Shown here: positions 25,070-32,000 of the stretch, piece by piece
How positions within the stretch are numbered: position 1 is the first letter of the stretch
How the letters are laid out: each line of letters begins with the position of its first letter
DNA from: Geobacter metallireducens GS-15
GTDB taxonomy: Bacteria; Desulfobacterota; Desulfuromonadia; Geobacterales; Geobacteraceae
Assembly: GCF_000012925.1 (NCBI RefSeq)
Contig: NC_007517.1
Location: forward strand, 3,390,001 to 3,422,000
Reading direction: 5' to 3'
DNA length: 32,000 nt
Program-made: the position numbers and the translations under genes
The notes under the pieces: model-generated
Databases searched by the model: none
The model's input: only the letters and a program-made list of their open reading frames with translations
What the model was told of the DNA's origin: nothing

Positions 25070-26266
25070 CTACCCCTGCCCACTGATACTGCTGTAAACG
25101 ATCTTCTGGAGGCTTCCCACCGCTTCGAGGCTCGCGTGAAGCTCGCGCTCGGCATCCTCTCCGAATTCTTCGGTATCAACGAGAATGCCGTTTTCCCCCG
25201 CAATCTCCCGCCGGATGCCATGGCGATAGAAACAATTCCAGGCCCGCAGGAGCCGTTCCGCCAGTTCCACGTCAATGCGCCCCTGGTAGAGAAGTCCCCG
25301 GATCCGCTCCGTTGTCGCCGTTTCCTGAATGTCGAAGCGTACCGTCATGATCCGCACGTTGGCCACAAGGGGACCGATACCGTAGAGGGCCAGATTGAAC
25401 ATCCCCCGCTCCAGCCGGAGCCTGCCGAAGAAGTCGAAGCCCGATTGCATCATTGCCGTCCGCCGGGCGATCTCCCGCAGGGGATCGATCTGGACCGAGA
25501 GAGCGGACCGGACCAGGTTGACCATTTCGGCGGCAAGGGAGGGATCGCCGGCCACCAGGCGCAGATCGGCCAGGCGGACGAGCCACTCCATGTCTCCTCC
25601 CCCCTCGACCGCCCTGGCGGCAATCCGCTGGCGCCACTCCGTGAGACTCCCGCGCCACGAGGAAGAGGCGGGGGTGATACCCGCGCGGCTGCCAATACTC
25701 AACCGCTCCAGCAGGGGGGCTGGCCTGCCGCTGAACCCCACAAAGGACGATCCGGCCTCGATTTCCTCGTGGACCAACAGAAAATCGCAGGCATCGAACC
25801 GGCTCACCTCCCCCCGCCCCGCAGCGCCGAGGGCCATCCAGCACCAGCGCCCGGCCGGCACCCCCACACCTCCCGCCGCCATCTGGCTCAAGGTTATCCT
25901 CAGGACTGCCCCCGTGATCCGGTCCAGGGCCACCGTGCGCATAAGGTGGTAGGCCGCAACCGATCCGCGACGGCTGAAGTAATCGGCCGCCATGGCCCGC
26001 AGCCGGTCCTGGATGGGCATGAGCTCCCGGACATCCTCTGCCTGGTCGGCTTCGTCCAGGACACGGGAAAAATCCTCCCGGCACCCCTGTTCAGCCGTCA
26101 GTTCCTCTTCCAGGGCATCCTTCACCCCCAAGAGCAGCAGCTCCTCGTCCCCGGCCGACAGGTGCGCCATGCGGACATAGAGTCCCTGGCGCACCTGCTC
26201 GATGAACTCGGCGGTCCCGCGCCGGGTAAGGATATCCTCCCCCCTCGCACCTAGTAACAGCGCCAT
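25070..26266 (-). CDS. DUF294-type putative nucleotidyltransferase (NTase plus substrate-binding domain) without cNMP/CBS sensor domains
   Basis: 398 aa. NTase-like motif WCWMALGAAGRGEVSRFDACDFLLV, followed by a helical C-terminal domain. AAGGAG Shine-Dalgarno sequence. Only about 95 aa precede the DUF294 core. Confidence 0.7.
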   Translation of the reverse strand: MALLLGARGEDILTRRGTAEFIEQVRQGLYVRMAHLSAGDEELLLLGVKDALEEELTAEQGCREDFSRVLDEADQAEDVRELMPIQDRLRAMAADYFSRRGSVAAYHLMRTVALDRITGAVLRITLSQMAAGGVGVPAGRWCWMALGAAGRGEVSRFDACDFLLVHEEIEAGSSFVGFSGRPAPLLERLSIGSRAGITPASSSWRGSLTEWRQRIAARAVEGGGDMEWLVRLADLRLVAGDPSLAAEMVNLVRSALSVQIDPLREIARRTAMMQSGFDFFGRLRLERGMFNLALYGIGPLVANVRIMTVRFDIQETATTERIRGLLYQGRIDVELAERLLRAWNCFYRHGIRREIAGENGILVDTEEFGEDAERELHASLEAVGSLQKIVYSSISGQG

Positions 26267-26290
26267 GTCACAGCTCCTTTACCGTCATAG

Positions 26291-27820
26291 TCAGTCCATG
26301 TGGCCGTGAACCTGCTCGGCCAGGAACCGCCGGACCTCTTCAGGGGGCGGAGGGGTCAGGAGCGACACCGCTACCATTACGGCGATAACGGCCGGCGCGC
26401 CGAAAAAGGCCGACGAGGTAAGGGGGAAAATATCCGCCACTACCGGCAGAAAACGGCCGAATAGGGGAGTCGAAAAGGTAATGACGACCCCGGTCAGCAT
26501 CCCTGCGATAACCCCGTGGCGGTTGGCCCGCCCCCACCAGATACCCAGGAGGAACGCGGGGAAAATGGTATTGCCGGCCAGGGCAAAGGCCACGGCGGTA
26601 ATCTCGGCGATGAGTCCCGGCGGGTCCATGGCGATCACCAGCACCACCACGGCCAGGGCCACCACCGCCGCTTTGGAGAGGGCCATCTTGGTGGTCTCCG
26701 ACGCCCGGGGGTTGATGAAACGGTAGTAGATGTCGTGGGAAAAAGAGGAGGCGCCGGTGATGAGGAGCCCGGCCACGGTGAAAAAGGCGGCGCTCACGGC
26801 CCCGGCGGCGAGAATCCCGATCATCCACGGGGGAAGCCCCCCCATGACCGCTGTCCTTATAACGATAAGGTCGGCCATTTTCTCGGCCGCGGCAGGCGGA
26901 AGGGTCATTCCGGCTCGGGCCTCCAGAAGCCGGGCAAAGACGGCGTAGGCCGGAGCCGACCAGTAGATGAGGGCGATGAAGAAGAGCCCCCACACGAGGC
27001 TCCACCGGGCGTCCCGGATGTTGGGGACCACGTAGAAGCGCGACAGCACGTGGGGGAGCCCTGCGGTCCCCACCATGAGGGTGAAGCAGAGGGATATCCA
27101 CTGAAAGAGGGAACCCGAGGCAAAGGGGGCAGCGAAGTTGATGCCGAACTCCCGTTTCAGGTCCTGGATGGCCACCCCATAGCCGAACTGGGGGAGAACC
27201 CAGAAGTAGCCGAGCTTGTACGCCAGCACCATGAGGGGGAGAATGAAGGAGACAATGAGAAGCGTGTACTGGAGTTGCTGGTTGCGGGCCACACCCAGCA
27301 CCCCCGAGATGATCACGTACCCAACCACCACGACGGCTCCCAGGATCACGCCGTTGCGATAGCCGGTGCCGAAGAGCCAGCCGAAGAGCATCCCGATCCC
27401 CTTGAACTGGGCCGTGCAGTAGATGATCGAGATGGTGATGGAGATGCCGGCGGAGATGAGACCTGCCATGGGCGACGCGTAACGGTCCCCCACGAAGTCC
27501 GGCGCCGTGTACTTGCCGAAACGCCGGATCTGTCCCGCCATGAGGACCAGAAGGAGTACGTACCCGCCGGTCCAGCCGATCACGTAGGCCAGGGCGTAAT
27601 ACCCGTGGAGGTAGAGGAGTCCCCCCATGCCGAGGAGGCTCGCAGCGCTCATCCAGTTGCTGGCGATGGCGGCCCCGCCGCCGATCCGGCCGATGTAGCG
27701 GCCACCGATGCCGTAATCGCTGGCGCTCCGGGCCCGGGCGCGGAGCCCCGCCACGATGAAGGAGGCAAGGGCAAGGGTGACAATGATGAGGGGTATGAGA
27801 TTGGGCCCCGCGTCAGTCAT
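26291..27820 (-). CDS. Sodium:solute symporter family permease (large subunit, VC_2705-like subfamily)
   Basis: 509 aa with about 13 TM segments. SSF-like segments include GGRYIGRIGGGAAIASNWMSAASLLG and GLPHVLSRFY. It is paired with a DUF4212 gene upstream. Confidence 0.88.
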   Translation of the reverse strand: MTDAGPNLIPLIIVTLALASFIVAGLRARARSASDYGIGGRYIGRIGGGAAIASNWMSAASLLGMGGLLYLHGYYALAYVIGWTGGYVLLLVLMAGQIRRFGKYTAPDFVGDRYASPMAGLISAGISITISIIYCTAQFKGIGMLFGWLFGTGYRNGVILGAVVVVGYVIISGVLGVARNQQLQYTLLIVSFILPLMVLAYKLGYFWVLPQFGYGVAIQDLKREFGINFAAPFASGSLFQWISLCFTLMVGTAGLPHVLSRFYVVPNIRDARWSLVWGLFFIALIYWSAPAYAVFARLLEARAGMTLPPAAAEKMADLIVIRTAVMGGLPPWMIGILAAGAVSAAFFTVAGLLITGASSFSHDIYYRFINPRASETTKMALSKAAVVALAVVVLVIAMDPPGLIAEITAVAFALAGNTIFPAFLLGIWWGRANRHGVIAGMLTGVVITFSTPLFGRFLPVVADIFPLTSSAFFGAPAVIAVMVAVSLLTPPPPEEVRRFLAEQVHGHMD

Positions 27821-28139
27821 GGCTTCGATCCTTCCTTCTGCTGTGCTGCTCCGTGTGCCGGTCGATGTAAATATTGAAGAGGATGCAGAGAATGATGAAC
27901 CAGAGGGGGAGAAACTGGGCCGTGAACCAGAAATGCCAGGGGAACGAAAGGAAGGTGAGGCGAGTCAGGATACCCTCCCCCTGGGGAGTTTCGGAGAGGA
28001 GCCAGAGGATGGCCTGGACGCCGAAGTTGGCCACAGCCCAGCCAAGGAGGACGAAGAGGATGATCACCACCTCGCCGGTCATGTACCCCTTCCGGGGACG
28101 AAAGATGTTGACGTCGTACCACTCGCGATCATGCTCCAT
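27813..28139 (-). CDS. DUF4212 protein (putative solute:sodium symporter small subunit)
   Basis: 108 aa from the ATG at 28139, with a GGGGAGGTG Shine-Dalgarno sequence. Two TM helices and the motif FPWHFWFTAQ. It overlaps the symporter start by 8 nt. Confidence 0.8.
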   Translation of the reverse strand: MEHDREWYDVNIFRPRKGYMTGEVVIILFVLLGWAVANFGVQAILWLLSETPQGEGILTRLTFLSFPWHFWFTAQFLPLWFIILCILFNIYIDRHTEQHSRRKDRSHD

Positions 28140-28229
28140 AGAGCACCTCCCCATGGGGAATCGGCTGCATTGCGGCTGTTTTACATTGTATCGGCTTTTA
28201 CCGCGATTTCTCCAGGCCGCGGGCGTAAT

Positions 28230-29444
28230 TCAATCCGGCCTACCCCCCTTCATGACCTCCCGCAGGACTGCCGTGGCGTAGCTCCCCTTGGGAAGCGAGA
28301 ACTCCAGCACCAGCCCGTCAGCGTCCGCGGAAGCCCGCGGATCCCCCAGGGGAACCCGAAGGGGTCGCCGCTCCCCCTCCATCCGGAGCCCGCCGGGGAG
28401 GTCGAAGCTGGCCGGCTCCACCCCTTCGGCCGCCAGAAGCGACCGTTCCAGCGCCCCCTCTTCACCCTCGGGCATCATCATCCGGCAGCCGAAGAGGGGT
28501 CCGGTGGGGGAGATCTCGAAGTGCTCCGCCCGTGGCGCTTCGGCCGCGGGGTCCGTTACCAGGAAACAGGCGCCGTTGGCGTGCTTCCAGGCCAGATCAC
28601 CCTCCTGGACGGTGTCGAGGGAGTCGAGCCGGGCCTCCACCACGTGGTCGAAAAGAGCCGACTGGCAGGCGGAGAGGTAGAGCTTCCTGAGCCGGGGATT
28701 GACCGCGCGGAAGGCCCCCTCGAAGTCGTCGGGGCGCTTCACGAGACGCTGGATGACGTCCCGCTCGGTGCGGCAGTGGCCCGGGAAGAGGCGCTGGCTC
28801 TCCTCCAGTTCCCCTCGTTGGTACGCCTCGATGGCGCTCCGCCATGCCTCCCCCGTAACCTTTGCCGGATCGCCCATGAGGAGATCCACCGCAGCGCACC
28901 AGTCGCCGGCCAGCATGGCCCGGCCGATGAGATGGCTGTTCCCCTGGGCACCGTAGCGCTGCTCCCCGAAGCGGTTGGGGACGCCGCGCCGTTCCAGCAC
29001 CGCCAGGATCGCCTCGGCCCGGGCCACGGCGTCGGACACCACCCCCCTGACTCGGATCCGAAACCGGTTTCCCGCCAGGTGCCCCAGCTTCAGCTTGTTC
29101 CGGTGCCGTTCCGCGGAGAGAATGCGGATGCCGGGAAGCTCCAGGGCGAGCACCTCCTCGGGCTTCATCCGGGGGAGCGACACGGTCTGGCGGGTCACCC
29201 CCCGGGCATCCTTCATGCCCGCATACCCCACGTCCCGCTCGGAGAGCTTCAGTGCCCGGGCCAGGCGGCGGATGGCGTCCAGGGTCGTCACCCCCCGCTT
29301 CTCGATGAGGGCGTAGACGTGCTCTCCCTCGCCACAGGGGAGGTAGAGGGGAATCTCCTCCACCACGAAATCGTCGGCGGTCTCCTTGATGGTGCCTCCG
29401 GTGCCGGGGAGGCCGGCGGTCAGATAGCGCTTCTCGCCGCTCAC
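28230..29444 (-). CDS. truD: tRNA pseudouridine(13) synthase TruD
   Basis: 404 aa. Motifs: [45 protein letters not shown]. The GTG start overlaps the trmB stop (GTGA). Confidence 0.92.
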   Translation of the reverse strand: MSGEKRYLTAGLPGTGGTIKETADDFVVEEIPLYLPCGEGEHVYALIEKRGVTTLDAIRRLARALKLSERDVGYAGMKDARGVTRQTVSLPRMKPEEVLALELPGIRILSAERHRNKLKLGHLAGNRFRIRVRGVVSDAVARAEAILAVLERRGVPNRFGEQRYGAQGNSHLIGRAMLAGDWCAAVDLLMGDPAKVTGEAWRSAIEAYQRGELEESQRLFPGHCRTERDVIQRLVKRPDDFEGAFRAVNPRLRKLYLSACQSALFDHVVEARLDSLDTVQEGDLAWKHANGACFLVTDPAAEAPRAEHFEISPTGPLFGCRMMMPEGEEGALERSLLAAEGVEPASFDLPGGLRMEGERRPLRVPLGDPRASADADGLVLEFSLPKGSYATAVLREVMKGGRPD

Positions 29445-30154
29445 GCTGCCCCCTCTGCCGTTTTCCGGTAGTGGACGAAGTAGATCCGCTTCCCCTCGGC
29501 CATGAACTTCATCATGTACTTGGAGAGATGGTACCCTTCCAACTCGTGGCGGTAACGGTCCGGGGCGAGCATATTCGCGTACCCCTCCACTCCCGGCATG
29601 AACTCCGCCACGTCGATGCCGTAGTCATCGAAGTCGGTGGCAAAGTAGAAATCGCCCCCCGGTGCCAGATACTCGCGGATGAACGCCGCAAACTCCCGGT
29701 TCACGAGGCGGCGCTTGCGGTGGCGCATCTTGGGCCACGGGTCGGGACAGTTGATGTGGACGGCACAGAGGGAACCCTTGGGAATGCGCTCGACGATGAA
29801 CTTGCGGGCCTCGTCCCGCACGACCCGGACGTTGGGAATAGCCAGCCGTTCGAGGCGGCGGCAGGTCTTGTCGCACCCCTTGTTGTAAAAGTCGATGGCG
29901 ATATAGTTGGTGCCGGGGTTGTCGGCGGCTGTCCTGGCGATGAAGTCGCCGATGCCGCAGCCGATCTCCAGGGCCAGGGGATTGGCGTTGCCGAAGACGG
30001 CGGCCCAATCGGCGGGCGTTGACAGTTCGTCAGGGTTCAGGAAAAAGGGTGAAGAGATTTCGATCATGCGCTGCATTCTTGTCGGTTCCTCGGGGTTGAA
30101 GTGGGCGTACCATACCACAAAAGCCCGGAAGCCCGGAAGCGCTTTTCTTGCCAT
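29441..30154 (-). CDS. trmB: tRNA (guanine-N7)-methyltransferase TrmB (start uncertain: 30154 or 30076)
   Basis: Motifs: [41 protein letters not shown]. The ATG at 30154 has an AGGAGG Shine-Dalgarno sequence with a 6-nt spacer, but the extra 26 codons contain an 8-nt tandem repeat and rare AGA codons. The ATG at 30076 has a weaker GAGGA. Confidence 0.85.
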   Translation of the reverse strand: MARKALPGFRAFVVWYAHFNPEEPTRMQRMIEISSPFFLNPDELSTPADWAAVFGNANPLALEIGCGIGDFIARTAADNPGTNYIAIDFYNKGCDKTCRRLERLAIPNVRVVRDEARKFIVERIPKGSLCAVHINCPDPWPKMRHRKRRLVNREFAAFIREYLAPGGDFYFATDFDDYGIDVAEFMPGVEGYANMLAPDRYRHELEGYHLSKYMMKFMAEGKRIYFVHYRKTAEGAA

Positions 30155-30176
30155 TCCCGACCTCCTGTGCTATAGC
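30148..30176 (+). promoter_or_regulatory. Candidate promoter of the DEAD-box helicase gene
   Basis: TTGCCA (30148..30153), 17-nt spacer, TATAGC (30171..30176). Confidence 0.35.
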
Positions 30177-30211
30177 TATCTGGTTGAAATAACGAAAAAA
30201 AGGAACACCAG

Positions 30212-31528
30212 ATGAAATTCACCGACTTAAACCTCCCCGAACTGGTGCAACGGGGTATCGCCGACACCGGCTTCACCGACTGCACCCCGATCCAGGAAAA
30301 GACCCTTCCCCTGGCCCTTTCCGGTAAGGATGTGGCCGGCCAGGCCCAGACCGGCACCGGCAAGACTGCAGCCTTTCTCATCAGCCTCTTCACCCGGCTC
30401 CTGAAGAACCCCACGGAGGGAGAAACCCGCAATCCGCGCGCCCTGATCCTGGCTCCCACCCGGGAGCTCGTCGTCCAGATCGAGAAGGACGCCCAGGCCC
30501 TCGGGGCCCACTGCGGCTTCGTGATCCAGGCCATCTACGGCGGCGTCGACTACATGAAGCAGCGGAGCGCCCTCAAGGAAGGGGCCGACGTGGTGGTCGG
30601 CACCCCGGGGCGCCTCATCGACTACCTGAAGCAGAAGGTCTACTCCCTCAAGGAGATCGAGGTGCTGGTCATCGACGAGGCGGACCGGATGTTCGATATG
30701 GGGTTCATCGCCGACCTCCGCTTCATCCTCCGGCGGCTCCCCCCCTTCGACAAACGCCAGAACCTCATGTTCTCCGCCACCCTCAACCAGCGGGTGATGG
30801 AACTGGCCTACGAGTTCATGAACGTCCCCGAAAAGGTGGCGGTCACCCCCGAGCAGATGACCGCCGAGCGGGTGGAGCAGGTCCTCTACCACGTGGGGCG
30901 CAAGGAGAAATTCCCGCTCCTCCTGGGCCTCCTGCGCAAGAAGGGGATGGAGCGGACCATGATCTTCGTCAACACCAAGCGGGAGGCGGAGTTCCTGGAC
31001 GAGCGGCTTAATGCCAACGACTTCCCCTGTCGGGTCATCTCCGGCGACGTGGAGCAGCGCAAGCGGATGAGGATTCTGGAGGACTTCAAGAACGGCAAGC
31101 TCCCGATCATGATCGCCACCGACGTCGCCTCCCGCGGCCTCCACATCGACGGGGTCTCCCACGTCATCAACTACGACCTTCCCCAGGACGCCGAGGACTA
31201 CGTCCACCGCATCGGCCGCACCGCCCGGGCCGGCGCCGAGGGAAAGGCGATCTCCATGGCCGATGAGGACGGCGCCTTCCACCTGGAGGCGATCCACGAG
31301 TACATCAAGGACAAAATCCCGGTTGAATGGGCCGAGGACGACCTCTTCGTCCACGACTTCAAGCGGGTGAAACCGAAGCCCAAGGGGCACGAGACCCGAG
31401 CCAAGGGGCCGACCCGCCACGGCCGGAAGCACCCGGAAGGGGAGAAGAAAGAGGGAGAAGGGGAGGCGAAGAAGCGCCGCCGCGGGCCCCGGAAGAAACC
31501 GGCGGGGGAGAAGCCGAAGCCGGAATAG
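30212..31528 (+). CDS. DEAD-box ATP-dependent RNA helicase (RhlB/RhlE-like) with a basic C-terminal tail
   Basis: Q motif (FTDCTPIQ), AQTGTGKTAAF, PTRELV, DEAD (VIDEADRM), SAT, HRIGRTARAG. The last roughly 60 residues are rich in K, R and E. Confidence 0.93.
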   Translation: MKFTDLNLPELVQRGIADTGFTDCTPIQEKTLPLALSGKDVAGQAQTGTGKTAAFLISLFTRLLKNPTEGETRNPRALILAPTRELVVQIEKDAQALGAHCGFVIQAIYGGVDYMKQRSALKEGADVVVGTPGRLIDYLKQKVYSLKEIEVLVIDEADRMFDMGFIADLRFILRRLPPFDKRQNLMFSATLNQRVMELAYEFMNVPEKVAVTPEQMTAERVEQVLYHVGRKEKFPLLLGLLRKKGMERTMIFVNTKREAEFLDERLNANDFPCRVISGDVEQRKRMRILEDFKNGKLPIMIATDVASRGLHIDGVSHVINYDLPQDAEDYVHRIGRTARAGAEGKAISMADEDGAFHLEAIHEYIKDKIPVEWAEDDLFVHDFKRVKPKPKGHETRAKGPTRHGRKHPEGEKKEGEGEAKKRRRGPRKKPAGEKPKPE

Positions 31529-31557
31529 GAACCATTCAGAACAAGATGGATAGAGCG

Positions 31558-31594
31558 AAAAAGGGGAAAGGCCGACCAGCCTTTCCCCTTTTTT
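31558..31594. terminator. Bidirectional intrinsic terminator between the helicase gene and the convergent ABC permease gene
   Basis: AAAAA, then stem GGGGAAAGGC (31563..31572), loop cgacca, stem GCCTTTCCCC (31579..31588), then TTTTTT. Confidence 0.85.
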
Positions 31595-31618
31595 CGTTCA
31601 TTGCGTCCCTGGCGGGAC

Positions 31619-32000
31619 TCACTCGTACCGCAGCGCCTCGATGGGGTTCAGGTTGGCCGCCTTGCGGGCCGGGTAGAAGCCGAAGAAGACGCCGACGCCG
31701 GCGGAGAAGAGGAAAGCGATGATGATTGCCTGCGTGGAGATCAGGGTCGGCCACTGCATGATCTTCGAGACCGCCATGGCCCCCGCCACCCCGAGCCCCA
31801 TGCCGATGATCCCCCCCGCCGTGGTGAGGAGCACCGCCTCGGTCAGGAACTGGAGGAGGATGTCCCGTTGTTTGGCGCCGATGGCCATCCGGATGCCGAT
31901 CTCCCGGGTCCGCTCCGTGACCGAGACAAGCATGATGTTCATGATGCCGATGCCGCCGACGACCAGGGAGATGGAGGCCACGGCCCCCAGGAGGATCGAC
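31619..32000 (-). CDS. ABC transporter permease, MacB/FtsX family (C-terminal part; the gene continues beyond the window)
   Basis: The C-terminus reads GGIGIMNIMLVSVTERTREIGIRMAIGAKQRDILLQFL...FGFYPARKAANLNPIEALRYE, typical of MacB/LolCE-type FtsX domains. The frame is open to the window end. Confidence 0.85.
   Translation of the reverse strand, partial: SILLGAVASISLVVGGIGIMNIMLVSVTERTREIGIRMAIGAKQRDILLQFLTEAVLLTTAGGIIGMGLGVAGAMAVSKIMQWPTLISTQAIIIAFLFSAGVGVFFGFYPARKAANLNPIEALRYE

Noticed and set aside
26516-27877. 453-aa plus-strand ORF antisense to the SSS symporter. The same type of ORF occurs at 25136..26254 (+), 30227..31432 (-), 14211..15386 (+), 15477..16379 (+), 17821..18936 (+), 8204..9172 (-), 9479..10396 (-), 669..1547 (-) and 1246..2061 (-).
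   Set aside because: All lie opposite or out of frame to genes with strong homology signatures. They are low-complexity and rich in Arg, Gly, Pro and His. This is the expected artefact of GC3-rich coding sequence.
27756-29471. 571-aa plus-strand ORF running antisense through the symporter start, the DUF4212 gene, an intergenic region and all of truD
   Set aside because: It is antisense to genes with clear family motifs. Its composition (Gly, Pro, Arg, His, Glu, Leu-rich, no recognisable motifs) is typical of stop-codon-poor antisense frames in high-GC DNA. It has no Shine-Dalgarno sequence.

Overview
High-GC chromosomal segment that looks like Geobacter. The gene content and order (typA, bamD, crcB, plsY, mltG, the sfrB-sfrA NADPH oxidoreductase pair, an IclR regulator, a usp gene) match what I recall for Geobacter sulfurreducens, but that is recollection and not a search result. 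I call about 32 protein-coding genes, most of them housekeeping and tightly packed, with several ATGA/GTGA/TAATG start-stop overlaps. I saw no rRNA, tRNA, CRISPR array, IS element or prophage. The only clearly accessory piece is at the left edge. It is an apparently intact chromosomal integron: intI at 705..1709, a divergent Pc-like promoter, an attI junction, and one complete low-GC cassette with a 63-bp attC. The cassette array continues leftwards out of the window. Other observations worth a second look: (1) a four-gene operon of DUF4212 small subunit, SSS symporter, sensor-less DUF294 nucleotidyltransferase and AP-endonuclease-2/xylose-isomerase-like TIM barrel; (2) SfrA lacks the (Se)Cys-His catalytic dyad of formate dehydrogenases; (3) the sfrB-sfrA spacer is GC-rich and carries three CCCGGG palindromes; (4) a sigma-28-like promoter lies upstream of the FapA/DUF342 gene; (5) a DUF2400 protein with EndoIII-like HhH and Fe-S-loop motifs is translationally coupled to a PabB-PabC fusion; (6) a terminator-like hairpin sits in the typA leader; (7) there are several candidate operators. 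I did not find convincing evidence for a wholly new multi-gene system such as a defence island. The many long antisense ORFs in the track are GC-content artefacts. All family assignments come from motif recognition by eye and need HMM or BLAST confirmation.
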